Part shown: in pieces, positions 24,818 to 33,164 of the stretch
Layout of the letters: each line of letters starts with the position of its first letter
Numbering within the stretch: position 1 is the first letter of the stretch
NCBI GenBank assembly: GCA_028278065.1
Contig: JANQFA010000095.1
Coordinates: 3,349 to 67,348, forward strand
Length of the DNA stretch: 64,000 bases
Origin: Myxococcota bacterium
Lineage (GTDB): Bacteria > Myxococcota_A > UBA9160 > JAFDET01
Direction of reading: 5' to 3'
Made by a program: the position numbers and the translations under genes
The notes under the pieces: model-generated
Database searches by the model: none
The model's input: the letters and a program-made list of their open reading frames with translations, nothing else
Told to the model about the DNA's origin: nothing

Positions 24818-26113
24818 CTACCGCCCGCGATCCCAGACCGCGAACAACGCGAGACCGGCGAACACGAGCCCGGAAGCCACACCGAACATCGCGGGATAGC
24901 CGAAGCCCCGCACGATGATCCCGAGTGCCGGCGGTCCCAGCAGCGCACCGGCGTCGAACACGGCCGTGTAGGCCGCCATCGCGGCGCCGACCTCCGCCGG
25001 ACGGGCGCGCGTCACCACCAGGGCGTTGAGGATCGGGTTTGCCATCCCGTGCCCCAGCCCGCACAGGACACCGGCCGCTGCGAGGGCTGTCGCCCCGTCG
25101 ACGAAGGCGAGGAGGGCCAGGCCCGCGCCGAGCAGCGCGAAGGCAGGAGCCATCACGCGCTTCGGCCCCGCGCGATCGGGAAGCCAGCCAAAGCCTACAC
25201 GGATCGCGATTGCCGCGAGCGAGTAGGCGCTGAAGAAGAGGCCCATGCTCCCGAAGTCCACCTCCGCCAGGAACGTCTTGAGGAACGTGAAGGGTCCGGC
25301 GATCGCGGTGGCGAAGACGGTGCCCATGAACCAGAGGGGGACCAGGTCGCGCTGGCGCACGGCCGCGAGGAAGCCCCGGGAGGACTCGCCGGGCTCCACG
25401 ACCGGCTTCGCCTCGCGCAGCGGCAGCGCCACCAGGAGCGAGACCACGGCCAGCGCGATCGACGCGGCGAAGAGGTCGCCGTACGCGCCCCGCGCCAGGA
25501 TCAGGTCGCCGAGGAGCGGTCCCAGCGAGATGGGCAGGATCCCGAAGACGCCGAACAGCGCCAGGCCCTGGGTACGCCGCGACGCCGGAACGATGTCCGC
25601 GGCGTACGTGAAGTAGCCCGCGAAGAGCATCGACTCCGCGAGACCGTGGAGCACGCGCACCGCCACCAGCCAGGGACCGATGGCGTCCACCGTCAGGTAC
25701 ATCGTGAGCGTCGCCACGTTGAGGGCGTTGCCGTACAGGATGACGGGTCGCCGCCCGCGGTCGTCCATGGCGCGCCCCACTGCCGGACGGACGAGGAGCG
25801 CGGCTCCGGCGGTGAGCGCCCAGAGGACGCCGATCGTCACCTCGTCGGCGCCCAGATCCTGGAGGAATCCCGGAAAGTGGAGGTACAGATTGAACGCGAG
25901 ACCCTGGACCAGCGTGCCGGCGCACACGAGCACGAACGCGCGGGTCACGAGCGGATCGCCCGGGTCTGCAGGTGCGCGGGTGCCGGCGGGATCGCGCTGG
26001 ACTGCAGACGCGCGGGTGCCGGCGGGATCGCGCCGGCCTGCAGACGCGCGGGTGCCGGCGGGATCGCGCCGGCCTGCAGGCGCGCGGGTGGCGGCGGGAT
26101 CGCGCTTCTCCAC
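24818..26113 (-). CDS. MFS transporter (start ambiguous: GTG 26113 or GTG 25948)
   Basis: Twelve-TM-like MFS sequence. The 55 N-terminal codons of the maximal ORF are encoded by the 36-bp tandem repeats. GTG at 25948 (VTRAFVLVCAG..) would leave the repeats in the leader. Confidence 0.85.
   Translation of the reverse strand: MEKRDPAATRAPAGRRDPAGTRASAGRRDPAGTRASAVQRDPAGTRAPADPGDPLVTRAFVLVCAGTLVQGLAFNLYLHFPGFLQDLGADEVTIGVLWALTAGAALLVRPAVGRAMDDRGRRPVILYGNALNVATLTMYLTVDAIGPWLVAVRVLHGLAESMLFAGYFTYAADIVPASRRTQGLALFGVFGILPISLGPLLGDLILARGAYGDLFAASIALAVVSLLVALPLREAKPVVEPGESSRGFLAAVRQRDLVPLWFMGTVFATAIAGPFTFLKTFLAEVDFGSMGLFFSAYSLAAIAIRVGFGWLPDRAGPKRVMAPAFALLGAGLALLAFVDGATALAAAGVLCGLGHGMANPILNALVVTRARPAEVGAAMAAYTAVFDAGALLGPPALGIIVRGFGYPAMFGVASGLVFAGLALFAVWDRGR
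25966..26109. repeat. 36-bp tandem repeat, 4 copies
   Basis: CTGCAG recurs at 25966, 26002, 26038 and 26074. The unit is CTGCAGACGCGCGGGTGCCGGCGGGATCGCGCCGGC. Each unit contains a 7-bp GC hairpin (GCCGGCG..CGCCGGC). Confidence 0.9.
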
Positions 26114-26128
26114 GCGGCGACCGGATGC

Positions 26129-27190
26129 TCAGGGACGCCGGTCGGCGGCGATCGCGAAGAGCTGTGCCGCCGCCGAGCCCATGCCCGCGAAGCGCTCGTC
26201 CGTGGTCTGGCCGCGGTGGTAGCGCACGTAGATCTGCTGGAGCACGACGGCCATCTTGAAGGTGCCGAACACGACGTAGTAGGGAAGCAGCGACAGGTCG
26301 CGCCCGCTCTTCTCCCCGTAGCGCAGACCCGCCTCCCTTCGGGACATGAAGCCGGGCGTGGTCGACGGCATCGGCGCGAAGCCCGCGCCTGCCTCCTCCG
26401 GGCCCGACCACTGGGAGAGCAGAGTTCCGAGATCGCAGAGCGGATCGCCCACCGTGCACATGTCCCAGTCGTAGACGGCCACGCAGCGACCCGGGTCGTC
26501 CTCGGCCACGGCCATGTTGTCGAGCCGCCAGTCGTTGTGCAGCAGGGTCGCCTGCCCGGACTTCGGGAGGTTGTCGAGAAGCCAGCGCGAGGTCTCGTCC
26601 GCGACCCCGAGGTCCTCGGTGCGCGCCCGCTCCCAGCGATCCGACCAGCCCTCGACCTGGCGCTTCAGGAAGGCGTCCGGATCCCGCCCCAGCTTGTCCA
26701 GTCCCAGGGGCAGCGGGTCGACGGCGTGGAACTCGGCGAGCACGTCGATCACCACCTCCGACAGCTTGCGATTGGCGACCGCGTCCGCTCCGCCCCCGAA
26801 GGCGTCGGGAATCGGATTGCGTACCACGACGCCGCCGCGCCGCTCCATGACGAAGAAGGGGGCTCCGATCACCTCCTCGTCCTCGCAGAGCAGGAAGGCA
26901 CGAGGCGCGTACGGAAAGGCCCTGTACAGGACGGAGAGCGCCCGGTACTCGCGGGTCATGTCGTGGGAGCCGGGCGCGACCGGGCCCAGCGGCGGGCGCC
27001 GCAGCACGTACTCCACGAGATCCTCGCCCGCTCCGAAGCGGAGGCAATAGGTCAGGTTGGCGTGCCCGCCCCCGAACTGGCGGACCTCGAGGTGCCCCTC
27101 GGCACCGGCCAGCTTCCCCGCCAGGTAGGAGCGCACCCGCTCCGCATCCAGCGCCTCCCCCTCGCGCGGCTCGATGGTGTCGGTCGCCAT
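26129..27190 (-). CDS. APH/ChoK-like phosphotransferase family kinase (ACAD10/11 N-terminal-domain type)
   Basis: GGHANLTY, LLHNDWRLDNM and VYDWDMCTVGDPLCDL motifs. Confidence 0.85.
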   Translation of the reverse strand: MATDTIEPREGEALDAERVRSYLAGKLAGAEGHLEVRQFGGGHANLTYCLRFGAGEDLVEYVLRRPPLGPVAPGSHDMTREYRALSVLYRAFPYAPRAFLLCEDEEVIGAPFFVMERRGGVVVRNPIPDAFGGGADAVANRKLSEVVIDVLAEFHAVDPLPLGLDKLGRDPDAFLKRQVEGWSDRWERARTEDLGVADETSRWLLDNLPKSGQATLLHNDWRLDNMAVAEDDPGRCVAVYDWDMCTVGDPLCDLGTLLSQWSGPEEAGAGFAPMPSTTPGFMSRREAGLRYGEKSGRDLSLLPYYVVFGTFKMAVVLQQIYVRYHRGQTTDERFAGMGSAAAQLFAIAADRRP

Positions 27191-27250
27191 GGGGGGCGGA
27201 GCCTAGCACCGAGCCGAGCCGGCCCGACCGCTACCCCCACGGGGCCTCGT

Positions 27251-27460
27251 CGAGCCGGACGACGCTCGCGGGCGCCGCCAGCCGTGGAGTCGTCTGGCGA
27301 CGATCGCGGGCGCCGCCGGCCGTGGAGTCGTCTGGCGACGATCGCGGGCGGCACCGACCCTGGGGTCGTCTGGCGACGATCGCGGGCGCCGCCAGCCGTG
27401 GAGTCGTCTGGCGACGATCGCGGGCGGCACCGACCGTGGGGTCGTCTGGCGGGCACCCGC
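27251..27460. repeat. 38-bp tandem repeat, ~5.5 copies, in a divergent intergenic region
   Basis: GTCGTCTGGCGACGATCGCGGG recurs at 27289, 27327, 27365, 27403 and 27441. It is followed by one of two alternating 16-mers (CGCCGCCAGCCGTGGA or CGGCACCGACCCTGGG). Each conserved core folds as GTCGTC-TGGC-GACGAT. The period is not a multiple of 3. Confidence 0.9.
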
Positions 27461-27483
27461 GTCTCGCCGTTACGGTTCGGCGC

Positions 27484-28221
27484 GTGACGCCCCTCGAGCT
27501 CGCACTGCTGGCGGTGGCCGGACTCGCCGCCGGCGTGGTGAACAGCCTCGCGGGAGGCGGCTCCCTCCTCACCGTCTCGCTGCTGGTCGTGCTCGGGCTG
27601 CCCGGGCTCCTGGCCAACGGCACCAACCGGGTGGGCGTGCTCGCCCAGACGGCGATTGCCGCCTGGCGCTTCGACGCAGAGGGCGTGTCGGGCTGGCGCC
27701 CCGCCCTGCCCCTGCTGGTCCCGGTCGTGCTCGGGTCCGTGGTCGGGGCCTGGGGCATCTCGCAGGTCTCGGACACGCTCTTCGAACGGGCCTTCGGACT
27801 CGTGATGCTCCTGCTCCTGGTGCCGGTCCTGCGCCCGCCCCGCTCGCGAGACGCCGCGCCGCGCCCGTGGCCCGGCTGGCTCACCTTTCTCGTCTTCCTC
27901 GGGATCGGCCTCTACGGCGGAGCCTTCCAGGCCGGCGTGGGACTGCCGCTCATCTTCGCCCTCTCCTACGCGGGCCACGATCTGGTCCGTGCGAACGCGA
28001 TCAAGGTCGTGGTGATCCTGGCGCTCACCGCGATCGCGCTCCCGGTCTTCCTCTTGCAGGACCAGATCGTCTGGATTCCGGCGCTGGCACTCTCGGTGGG
28101 CTTCCTCGCCGGCGGAGAGCTGGGCGCGCGCATCGCGGTGCGCGGCGGAGAACGGGTGATCAAGCCCGTGCTGGCCGTCTCCGTGGTCGCGCTCGCCGGC
28201 CGCATGCTCGGCCTCTACTGA
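27484..28221 (+). CDS. TauE/SafE family anion (sulfite) exporter-like membrane protein
   Basis: GTG at 27484 lies within ORF 27322..28221. GLAAGVVNSLAGGGSLLTVSLL and GGELGARIA are typical of DUF81/TauE. Confidence 0.85.
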   Translation: MTPLELALLAVAGLAAGVVNSLAGGGSLLTVSLLVVLGLPGLLANGTNRVGVLAQTAIAAWRFDAEGVSGWRPALPLLVPVVLGSVVGAWGISQVSDTLFERAFGLVMLLLLVPVLRPPRSRDAAPRPWPGWLTFLVFLGIGLYGGAFQAGVGLPLIFALSYAGHDLVRANAIKVVVILALTAIALPVFLLQDQIVWIPALALSVGFLAGGELGARIAVRGGERVIKPVLAVSVVALAGRMLGLY

Positions 28222-28238
28222 TCGGCTACACGGTTCGG

Positions 28239-29639
28239 ATGCCCGAGCCGATGCCGCTCTCGCGCCGCGTGATCTACGCGCTCGGCTCGGCGGGCTGGCA
28301 GATCACCGATCGCATCGTCGTGACGATCGCGATCTTCTTCTACCTCCCCCCGGAAGGTCAGGGACTCGTCCCTCAGGTCTCCGAGGAGACCTTCCTGGGT
28401 GTACTCACCGTGTTCGGCGCCGCCAGCCTCATCGGGCGGGTCTTCGACGCCGGGGCCGACCCGCTGGTGGGTCACGGCTCCGACCGCTCCCGCTCGCGCC
28501 TCGGCCGACGCCGCTCGTACATGATCTACGGCCTGCTGCCGATGGTCGGTCTGCCCATGCTGCTCTACTGGCCTCCCGGGGCTCCGGGGAGCACCCTGAA
28601 CGCGATCTGGCTCACCGCGGTGATGTCGCTCTACTTCGTCTTCTTCACCGTGTACGTCGCGCCCTACCTGGCGCTCATGCCCGAGATCGCGCGCACGGCC
28701 AAGGAGAGGGTCGACCTCTCGACGGCCATGGCCGTGGCCGGGGTGCCGATCGCCATCTTCGGGTTCGTGTGGGGCATGGGCATCGACTGGGGCACCGCGG
28801 CAGGTCTCGACCCGGCCGACGCCGTGCGGGCGATCGTCGTGGCGTCCTCGGCGCTGGCCCTGCTGCTCTGCATCCTGCCGATCCTGGCCGTGGACGAAGA
28901 GCGCTACTGCCTCTCGACGCCGTCGGAGCTGGGGCTGTGGGAATCCGTGAGCGAGACCTTCAAGAACCGGCCGTTCCGCCGCTACCTGGTGGCCCAGCTC
29001 CCCTTCATCGTCGGCGTCAACATGATCAGCCCGGCGCTCATCTACTACGCGACGGTCATCCTGGGCCGCACGCCCGGCTACATCGCCAAGCTGGGCGGGG
29101 TGCTCTTCCTCACGACGTGCCTCGCCTTCGTCCCCATCAATCTGTATGCGGGCCGGGCCGGGCCCAAGCGCACCATCATCATCTGCGTCTTCCTGCTGAG
29201 CGTCTCGACCGGAATGCTGGGACTGCTCGTCCCGGAGGTTCCGGGCGGACCCGGCGATGCCCGGAACCTCGCGATCGCGTTCACGTCGATGGTGGTTGCG
29301 GGGGTGGCTCTCGGGGGCTTCATCGTGATGCCGAACGTGCTGATCGGACAGGTGGTCGACTTCGACGCCGCGCGCACCGGCGCGAATCGCGCCGCCATGT
29401 ACTTCGGCGTGCAGGGCTTGACGACCAAGATGCTCTACGGCCTGTCCAACGCGATCCTGGCCTGGCTCTTCTCGACCTGGGGCAAGAGCCCCGAGGAGCC
29501 GCTCGGCGTGCTGCTGGTGGGACCCGTGGCAGCGGGGTTCTGTCTCGCCTCGACGCTGCTCTTCTTTCGCTATCCCGAGGCCGAGACCCAGCGTCTCGAG
29601 GAGGTGCGCCCCCACCAGCGGGAGCCAGACCCGCGGTGA
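28239..29639 (+). CDS. GPH-family (MFS_2) cation symporter
   Basis: ATG at 28239 lies within ORF 27867..29639. It carries a DAGADPLVGHGSDRSRSRLGRRRSYM signature and 12 TM-like segments. Confidence 0.85.
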   Translation: MPEPMPLSRRVIYALGSAGWQITDRIVVTIAIFFYLPPEGQGLVPQVSEETFLGVLTVFGAASLIGRVFDAGADPLVGHGSDRSRSRLGRRRSYMIYGLLPMVGLPMLLYWPPGAPGSTLNAIWLTAVMSLYFVFFTVYVAPYLALMPEIARTAKERVDLSTAMAVAGVPIAIFGFVWGMGIDWGTAAGLDPADAVRAIVVASSALALLLCILPILAVDEERYCLSTPSELGLWESVSETFKNRPFRRYLVAQLPFIVGVNMISPALIYYATVILGRTPGYIAKLGGVLFLTTCLAFVPINLYAGRAGPKRTIIICVFLLSVSTGMLGLLVPEVPGGPGDARNLAIAFTSMVVAGVALGGFIVMPNVLIGQVVDFDAARTGANRAAMYFGVQGLTTKMLYGLSNAILAWLFSTWGKSPEEPLGVLLVGPVAAGFCLASTLLFFRYPEAETQRLEEVRPHQREPDPR

Positions 29640-29714
29640 CGGCCGTCACAGCGCTCCCGTCGCGGAGCCCGATAGGTTCTCGTGGGGCCGTAGGACGGCC
29701 GCCACACCCACCCA

Positions 29715-30425
29715 ATGAGGAGTCCGACGATGACCCGTTCCCCCGGCCGACGTATCTTGCCGCTCGGCGTCGCCTTCCTGCTCGCGAGCTTCGCCGCCAG
29801 CCCGGGCGCCAGTGCCCAGGGCGCCTGTGACGTCATCGATTCGCCCTGCACCCTCGCGGAGATCTCCGCCCAGGCACTCGCCGATTCCGGGGCCGAGGAC
29901 GTCGTCAAGGCCGGCATCCGCGACGTATCCGGGGGCGACGGCAGCGAGGTGACCCTGTTCAAGGTGCGGGTCCGCTTCGCGGACGGCTCCGAGGACACGC
30001 TCTACTACAGCACCGACGACTGCTCGGCGGTGGTTCCCCCGCTTCCGACCGTGAGCTTCCTCGATGCGATGGCGGCGGCAGTGGCCAAGAGCCAGGAGGA
30101 GGCCCCCGGTCTGGCCGACCCGATCGTGCTGTCCGGCAAGCTCGTCAACGAGATCCTGGCCCCGACCTACCTCTTCGCGATGATCGACGCCCAGGGCGAC
30201 CCGATGGCCGTCAGCGTGGATGCGCAGACGGGCGAAGCCGCGGTTCTCGACCCGAAGGCCCTCAAGAAGGCCGCGAAGAAGGCGGCCAAGCAGAAGAAGA
30301 AGAAGCTCAAGAAGCTCAAGTGCAACGGCGCCGACTCGGACTCCGACAGCGATTCCGACTCGGATTCCGATTCGGATTCGGACTCCGATTCGGACTCCGG
30401 CACGGGCGTCGAACCGGTCATCTGA
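29715..30425 (+). CDS. Secreted protein with a Lys-rich block and a (DS)11 C-terminal repeat
   Basis: ORF track entry. Signal peptide ..LLASFAASPGASAQG. The tail reads KKAAKKAAKQKKKKLKKLK, then CNGA, then (DS)11 at nt 30333-30398. Confidence 0.75.
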   Translation: MRSPTMTRSPGRRILPLGVAFLLASFAASPGASAQGACDVIDSPCTLAEISAQALADSGAEDVVKAGIRDVSGGDGSEVTLFKVRVRFADGSEDTLYYSTDDCSAVVPPLPTVSFLDAMAAAVAKSQEEAPGLADPIVLSGKLVNEILAPTYLFAMIDAQGDPMAVSVDAQTGEAAVLDPKALKKAAKKAAKQKKKKLKKLKCNGADSDSDSDSDSDSDSDSDSDSDSGTGVEPVI

Positions 30426-30457
30426 GCCAGCGTACGAGCTACGTTCCACGAGTCTGT

Positions 30458-30479
30458 GCGGCGGCCCTTCGGCCGTCGC
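30458..30479. terminator. Stem-loop between convergent genes
   Basis: GCGGCGGCC-CTTC-GGCCGTCGC: a 9-bp stem with one G·U pair and a tetraloop. It lies between the stops at 30425 (+) and 30519 (-). Confidence 0.5.
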
Positions 30480-30518
30480 GCCGAGCTCGTTCTGGCGCCC
30501 ACCCCACGTCTCTCCCGC

Positions 30519-31661
30519 TCAGTCGCGCCCGGCGTCGAAGACGATCTCGCCGACGTCGTCGCCGCGGATCTCCCACTCGGTCGAGTCGCGCATGCGGTTG
30601 GGACCGAACGAGTACACGAAGATGCGCCGGCGCCGCCGGTCCTCCTCCCCGCAGGTGTCCCGGACCCACCAGGGGGAGTTCCAGGGGTCGAGGAAGAAGC
30701 GGGCGCGCTCGTCGGGGAGCCCCTGCCCGACCAGGGCAGCGAACCGTCCCCCGTCGAAGACCTCCACCTCGTTCCGTCTGACGAAGGTGAAGAGACGCTG
30801 ATGGAGACCGCAGCTCGTGCGCAGCCTGGCTCCGCGGAAGTCCGTCGCCAGCGCCGAGACCTCGCTCCGCGCGGCCTCCACGCTTCCCGGGTGGGCCTCT
30901 CTCTGTCCCCGGGACCACGCCGCGCTCGCCAGACCGCTCGCGCAGACCAGCGCGCCCGCAACCAACACACCCAGCGCACCGCGGGAAGCGCCGACCCACC
31001 CCGTAGATCCGAGGACTGCCGAGAACAGGAAGCCCAGGCCCAGCATGAGCTCGACCCACTCCCCCGAGAAGTCCAACGGGTAGAGCTCGTACAGGGCCCA
31101 GGTGGCCAGAAACGCGGGCACGAGGGCGCGCGGAGGCGACATCACGCCGAGTCGCCGGAGCAGGACGGCGACGGCCGGGACCGCGCCGAGCAGCGGTAGG
31201 CCCACGCCATAGCCGAGGATCACGGCCTTCAGCCCCAGCTGGCGGAGATCGGAGTCCACCACGTTGTGGAGGTTCAGCTCCTGCTGGTAGTTGTGCTCCA
31301 GGAAATACGCCGGCGGGCGATACCCGAAGACCCGCTGGCCCCACGAGATCTCCTCGAGCGCGACCCACCCACAGAACACCGCCAGCCCGAGAGGGAACCA
31401 CAGGTCGGCCATCGAGCGCCGAGGTCGCCGCAGGGCCACTGCGGCGAAGACGCAGGCCGCCCAGACGAACGCCCAGAAGCTGGCCCACTCCAGGAGCTCG
31501 TCCTCCTGGACCACCCGCTGGTAGACCTCGGGAGCCCATCGCCATACGGACGCCGCCACGGCGACCACGAGGAAGACGAGGCCGTTGGCGAGCAGCGCAG
31601 CCGCCGGCGCCGTCCGCGCCCTGGCCGGCGAACTCGATGCTCCCGGAGCCGACTCGGCCAC
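30519..31661 (-). CDS. Polytopic membrane protein with a C-terminal pseudopilin (GspG-C)-like domain
   Basis: ORF track entry. Multiple TM helices. The C-terminus FLDPWNSPWWVRD...IFVYSFGPNRMRDS...GDDVG resembles the DPWGxxYxY...SxGxDG..DI tail of T2SS G-type pseudopilins. This is a motif-level match only. Confidence 0.75.
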   Translation of the reverse strand: MAESAPGASSSPARARTAPAAALLANGLVFLVVAVAASVWRWAPEVYQRVVQEDELLEWASFWAFVWAACVFAAVALRRPRRSMADLWFPLGLAVFCGWVALEEISWGQRVFGYRPPAYFLEHNYQQELNLHNVVDSDLRQLGLKAVILGYGVGLPLLGAVPAVAVLLRRLGVMSPPRALVPAFLATWALYELYPLDFSGEWVELMLGLGFLFSAVLGSTGWVGASRGALGVLVAGALVCASGLASAAWSRGQREAHPGSVEAARSEVSALATDFRGARLRTSCGLHQRLFTFVRRNEVEVFDGGRFAALVGQGLPDERARFFLDPWNSPWWVRDTCGEEDRRRRRIFVYSFGPNRMRDSTEWEIRGDDVGEIVFDAGRD

Positions 31662-31664
31662 CCC

Positions 31665-32153
31665 CTATTCCGGGCCGTCGTCCTGGCGGGAGACGATCCG
31701 GTAGATCCAGACGTTCACGTCGTCATCCGGCTCTGGCGGATCGAGATCGTACTTGGCGACGAGGCGAGGAACCACCGCCTCGACTTCGCCGGGATCCGTC
31801 ACGCGGATCGCGCGAGCCGGGTGGATCTGCTCGCCCACGCGAACCCGCACGCGGGGGTCGGCTTCCACGTACTGCACCCAGCGCTTCTTCTCCGGATCGC
31901 GCGACGGCACGTAGAGTCGCTCGCCCTGGGCCACGCACCAGACGGTCACCGAGTGGGGGTCGTCGGGTCGGGTTTCGAGCTGGATCGTCGACTTACCGTC
32001 GGCGAAGGACCAGTCGGAGACGGGCTCGGTCACTTCCGTCCCCTCCAGCCGCCCGCCCGGGAGCGGCCCCCAGGGCTCGCAGCCGACGCCCACCACCACC
32101 GCGAGCGCGGCGGCGCAGCACAGGCCGCGCCTCGAACTGACGGCTTGGAACAT
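31665..32153 (-). CDS. Probable lipoprotein, function unknown
   Basis: ORF track entry. The N-terminus CCAAALAVVVGVGC is lipobox-like. Beta-rich body. Confidence 0.7.
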   Translation of the reverse strand: MFQAVSSRRGLCCAAALAVVVGVGCEPWGPLPGGRLEGTEVTEPVSDWSFADGKSTIQLETRPDDPHSVTVWCVAQGERLYVPSRDPEKKRWVQYVEADPRVRVRVGEQIHPARAIRVTDPGEVEAVVPRLVAKYDLDPPEPDDDVNVWIYRIVSRQDDGPE

Positions 32154-32171
32154 CGCCGTCAGTCTATCGCG

Positions 32172-33119
32172 TCAGCTGGCCGTGACGCGATCCACGAGCT
32201 TGCGGAAGCCCGGATGCCTCAGGAGGCCCAGGGTATCCCCGGACTGAACCAGGCGCTGCACTTCCGGATCCTCGGCGAGGCGCTGCACCTCGGGATCCTC
32301 GCGCAGCCCGCGGATACGCGGCGCGGCCTCTTCGAGCGCGCCGGAGACCGCGAACCGGAACTCCTCCGCGTCGGACGCCGCCCGCTCGGATATCAGACCC
32401 GAATCGGCGAAGCGGCGGCGCAGGTCCTCGTCGTAGGCGATCCGGGCGAAGCTGACCCGTGACGTGGCCGCGCCGACCTGGCCGGCCTCGACGGCCGCCC
32501 AGAACTGCGGGTCCTCGCGCAGCGCGAGCACCCGTTCGTCCTCGAGCAGGTCCTGGAGCGCAGCGAACGTCTCCGCCGGATGCGCGGCCGCGCGCACCGC
32601 CATGCGTCCGCCCGCGCTGTCCTGGTCGGTGAGTGCGCTGGTGGCCGCGGCCACGAGGGTCTGGCTCGCGGCCGCCACGTTCGACGGACCCACGTGCGGG
32701 ACCATCGCGCGGCCACCCAGCGACTCGAAGGCCTGCAGCCAGTAGCCGAGGACGCCCACGAGCAGCACGATCAGGCCGCCTCGCAGGCCCCCGAAGAACG
32801 CGCCCAGAAGACGATCGCCGGCCCCTCGCGAGGTTCCCCCGCGGCGACGCCGCTCGAACAGGCGGATCACGGCGGAGACGGCTCCGAAGACGACGAACGC
32901 ACCCAGGAAGACGGCCGCGCCCGAGAGGGCCGTGGCGAGGAGGCGCGGGATGCGCAGCCCATCCGCAAAGGCGTCGGCGAAGCCCGGCCCGAGCACGATG
33001 GCGCTGGCGTAGGCACCGATGAGCACCGCCAAGGCGAGGGCAGAGGCCAGCGCGCCGCGCACCGCGCCCGAGATCACGAAGACGGCCAGCAGGCCCAGTG
33101 CGATGGCGTCGATCCACAT
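32172..33119 (-). CDS. cvpA: CvpA-family membrane protein with a long soluble C-terminal extension
   Basis: MWIDAIALGLLAVFVISGAVRG.. is a typical CvpA N-terminus. At 315 aa it is about twice the usual length. Confidence 0.8.
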   Translation of the reverse strand: MWIDAIALGLLAVFVISGAVRGALASALALAVLIGAYASAIVLGPGFADAFADGLRIPRLLATALSGAAVFLGAFVVFGAVSAVIRLFERRRRGGTSRGAGDRLLGAFFGGLRGGLIVLLVGVLGYWLQAFESLGGRAMVPHVGPSNVAAASQTLVAAATSALTDQDSAGGRMAVRAAAHPAETFAALQDLLEDERVLALREDPQFWAAVEAGQVGAATSRVSFARIAYDEDLRRRFADSGLISERAASDAEEFRFAVSGALEEAAPRIRGLREDPEVQRLAEDPEVQRLVQSGDTLGLLRHPGFRKLVDRVTAS

Positions 33120-33164
33120 CCCGGGGAAGGGATCGACGCCCCGCGGAGGGCGCTTGAGCCGGGG

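Noticed and set aside
27289-27450. The regular 38-bp array (22-nt repeat + 16-nt 'spacer') looked CRISPR-like
   Set aside because: The repeat and spacer are far too short. The 'spacers' are only two alternating, near-identical sequences. No cas genes or leader are nearby. I treat it as a tandem repeat.
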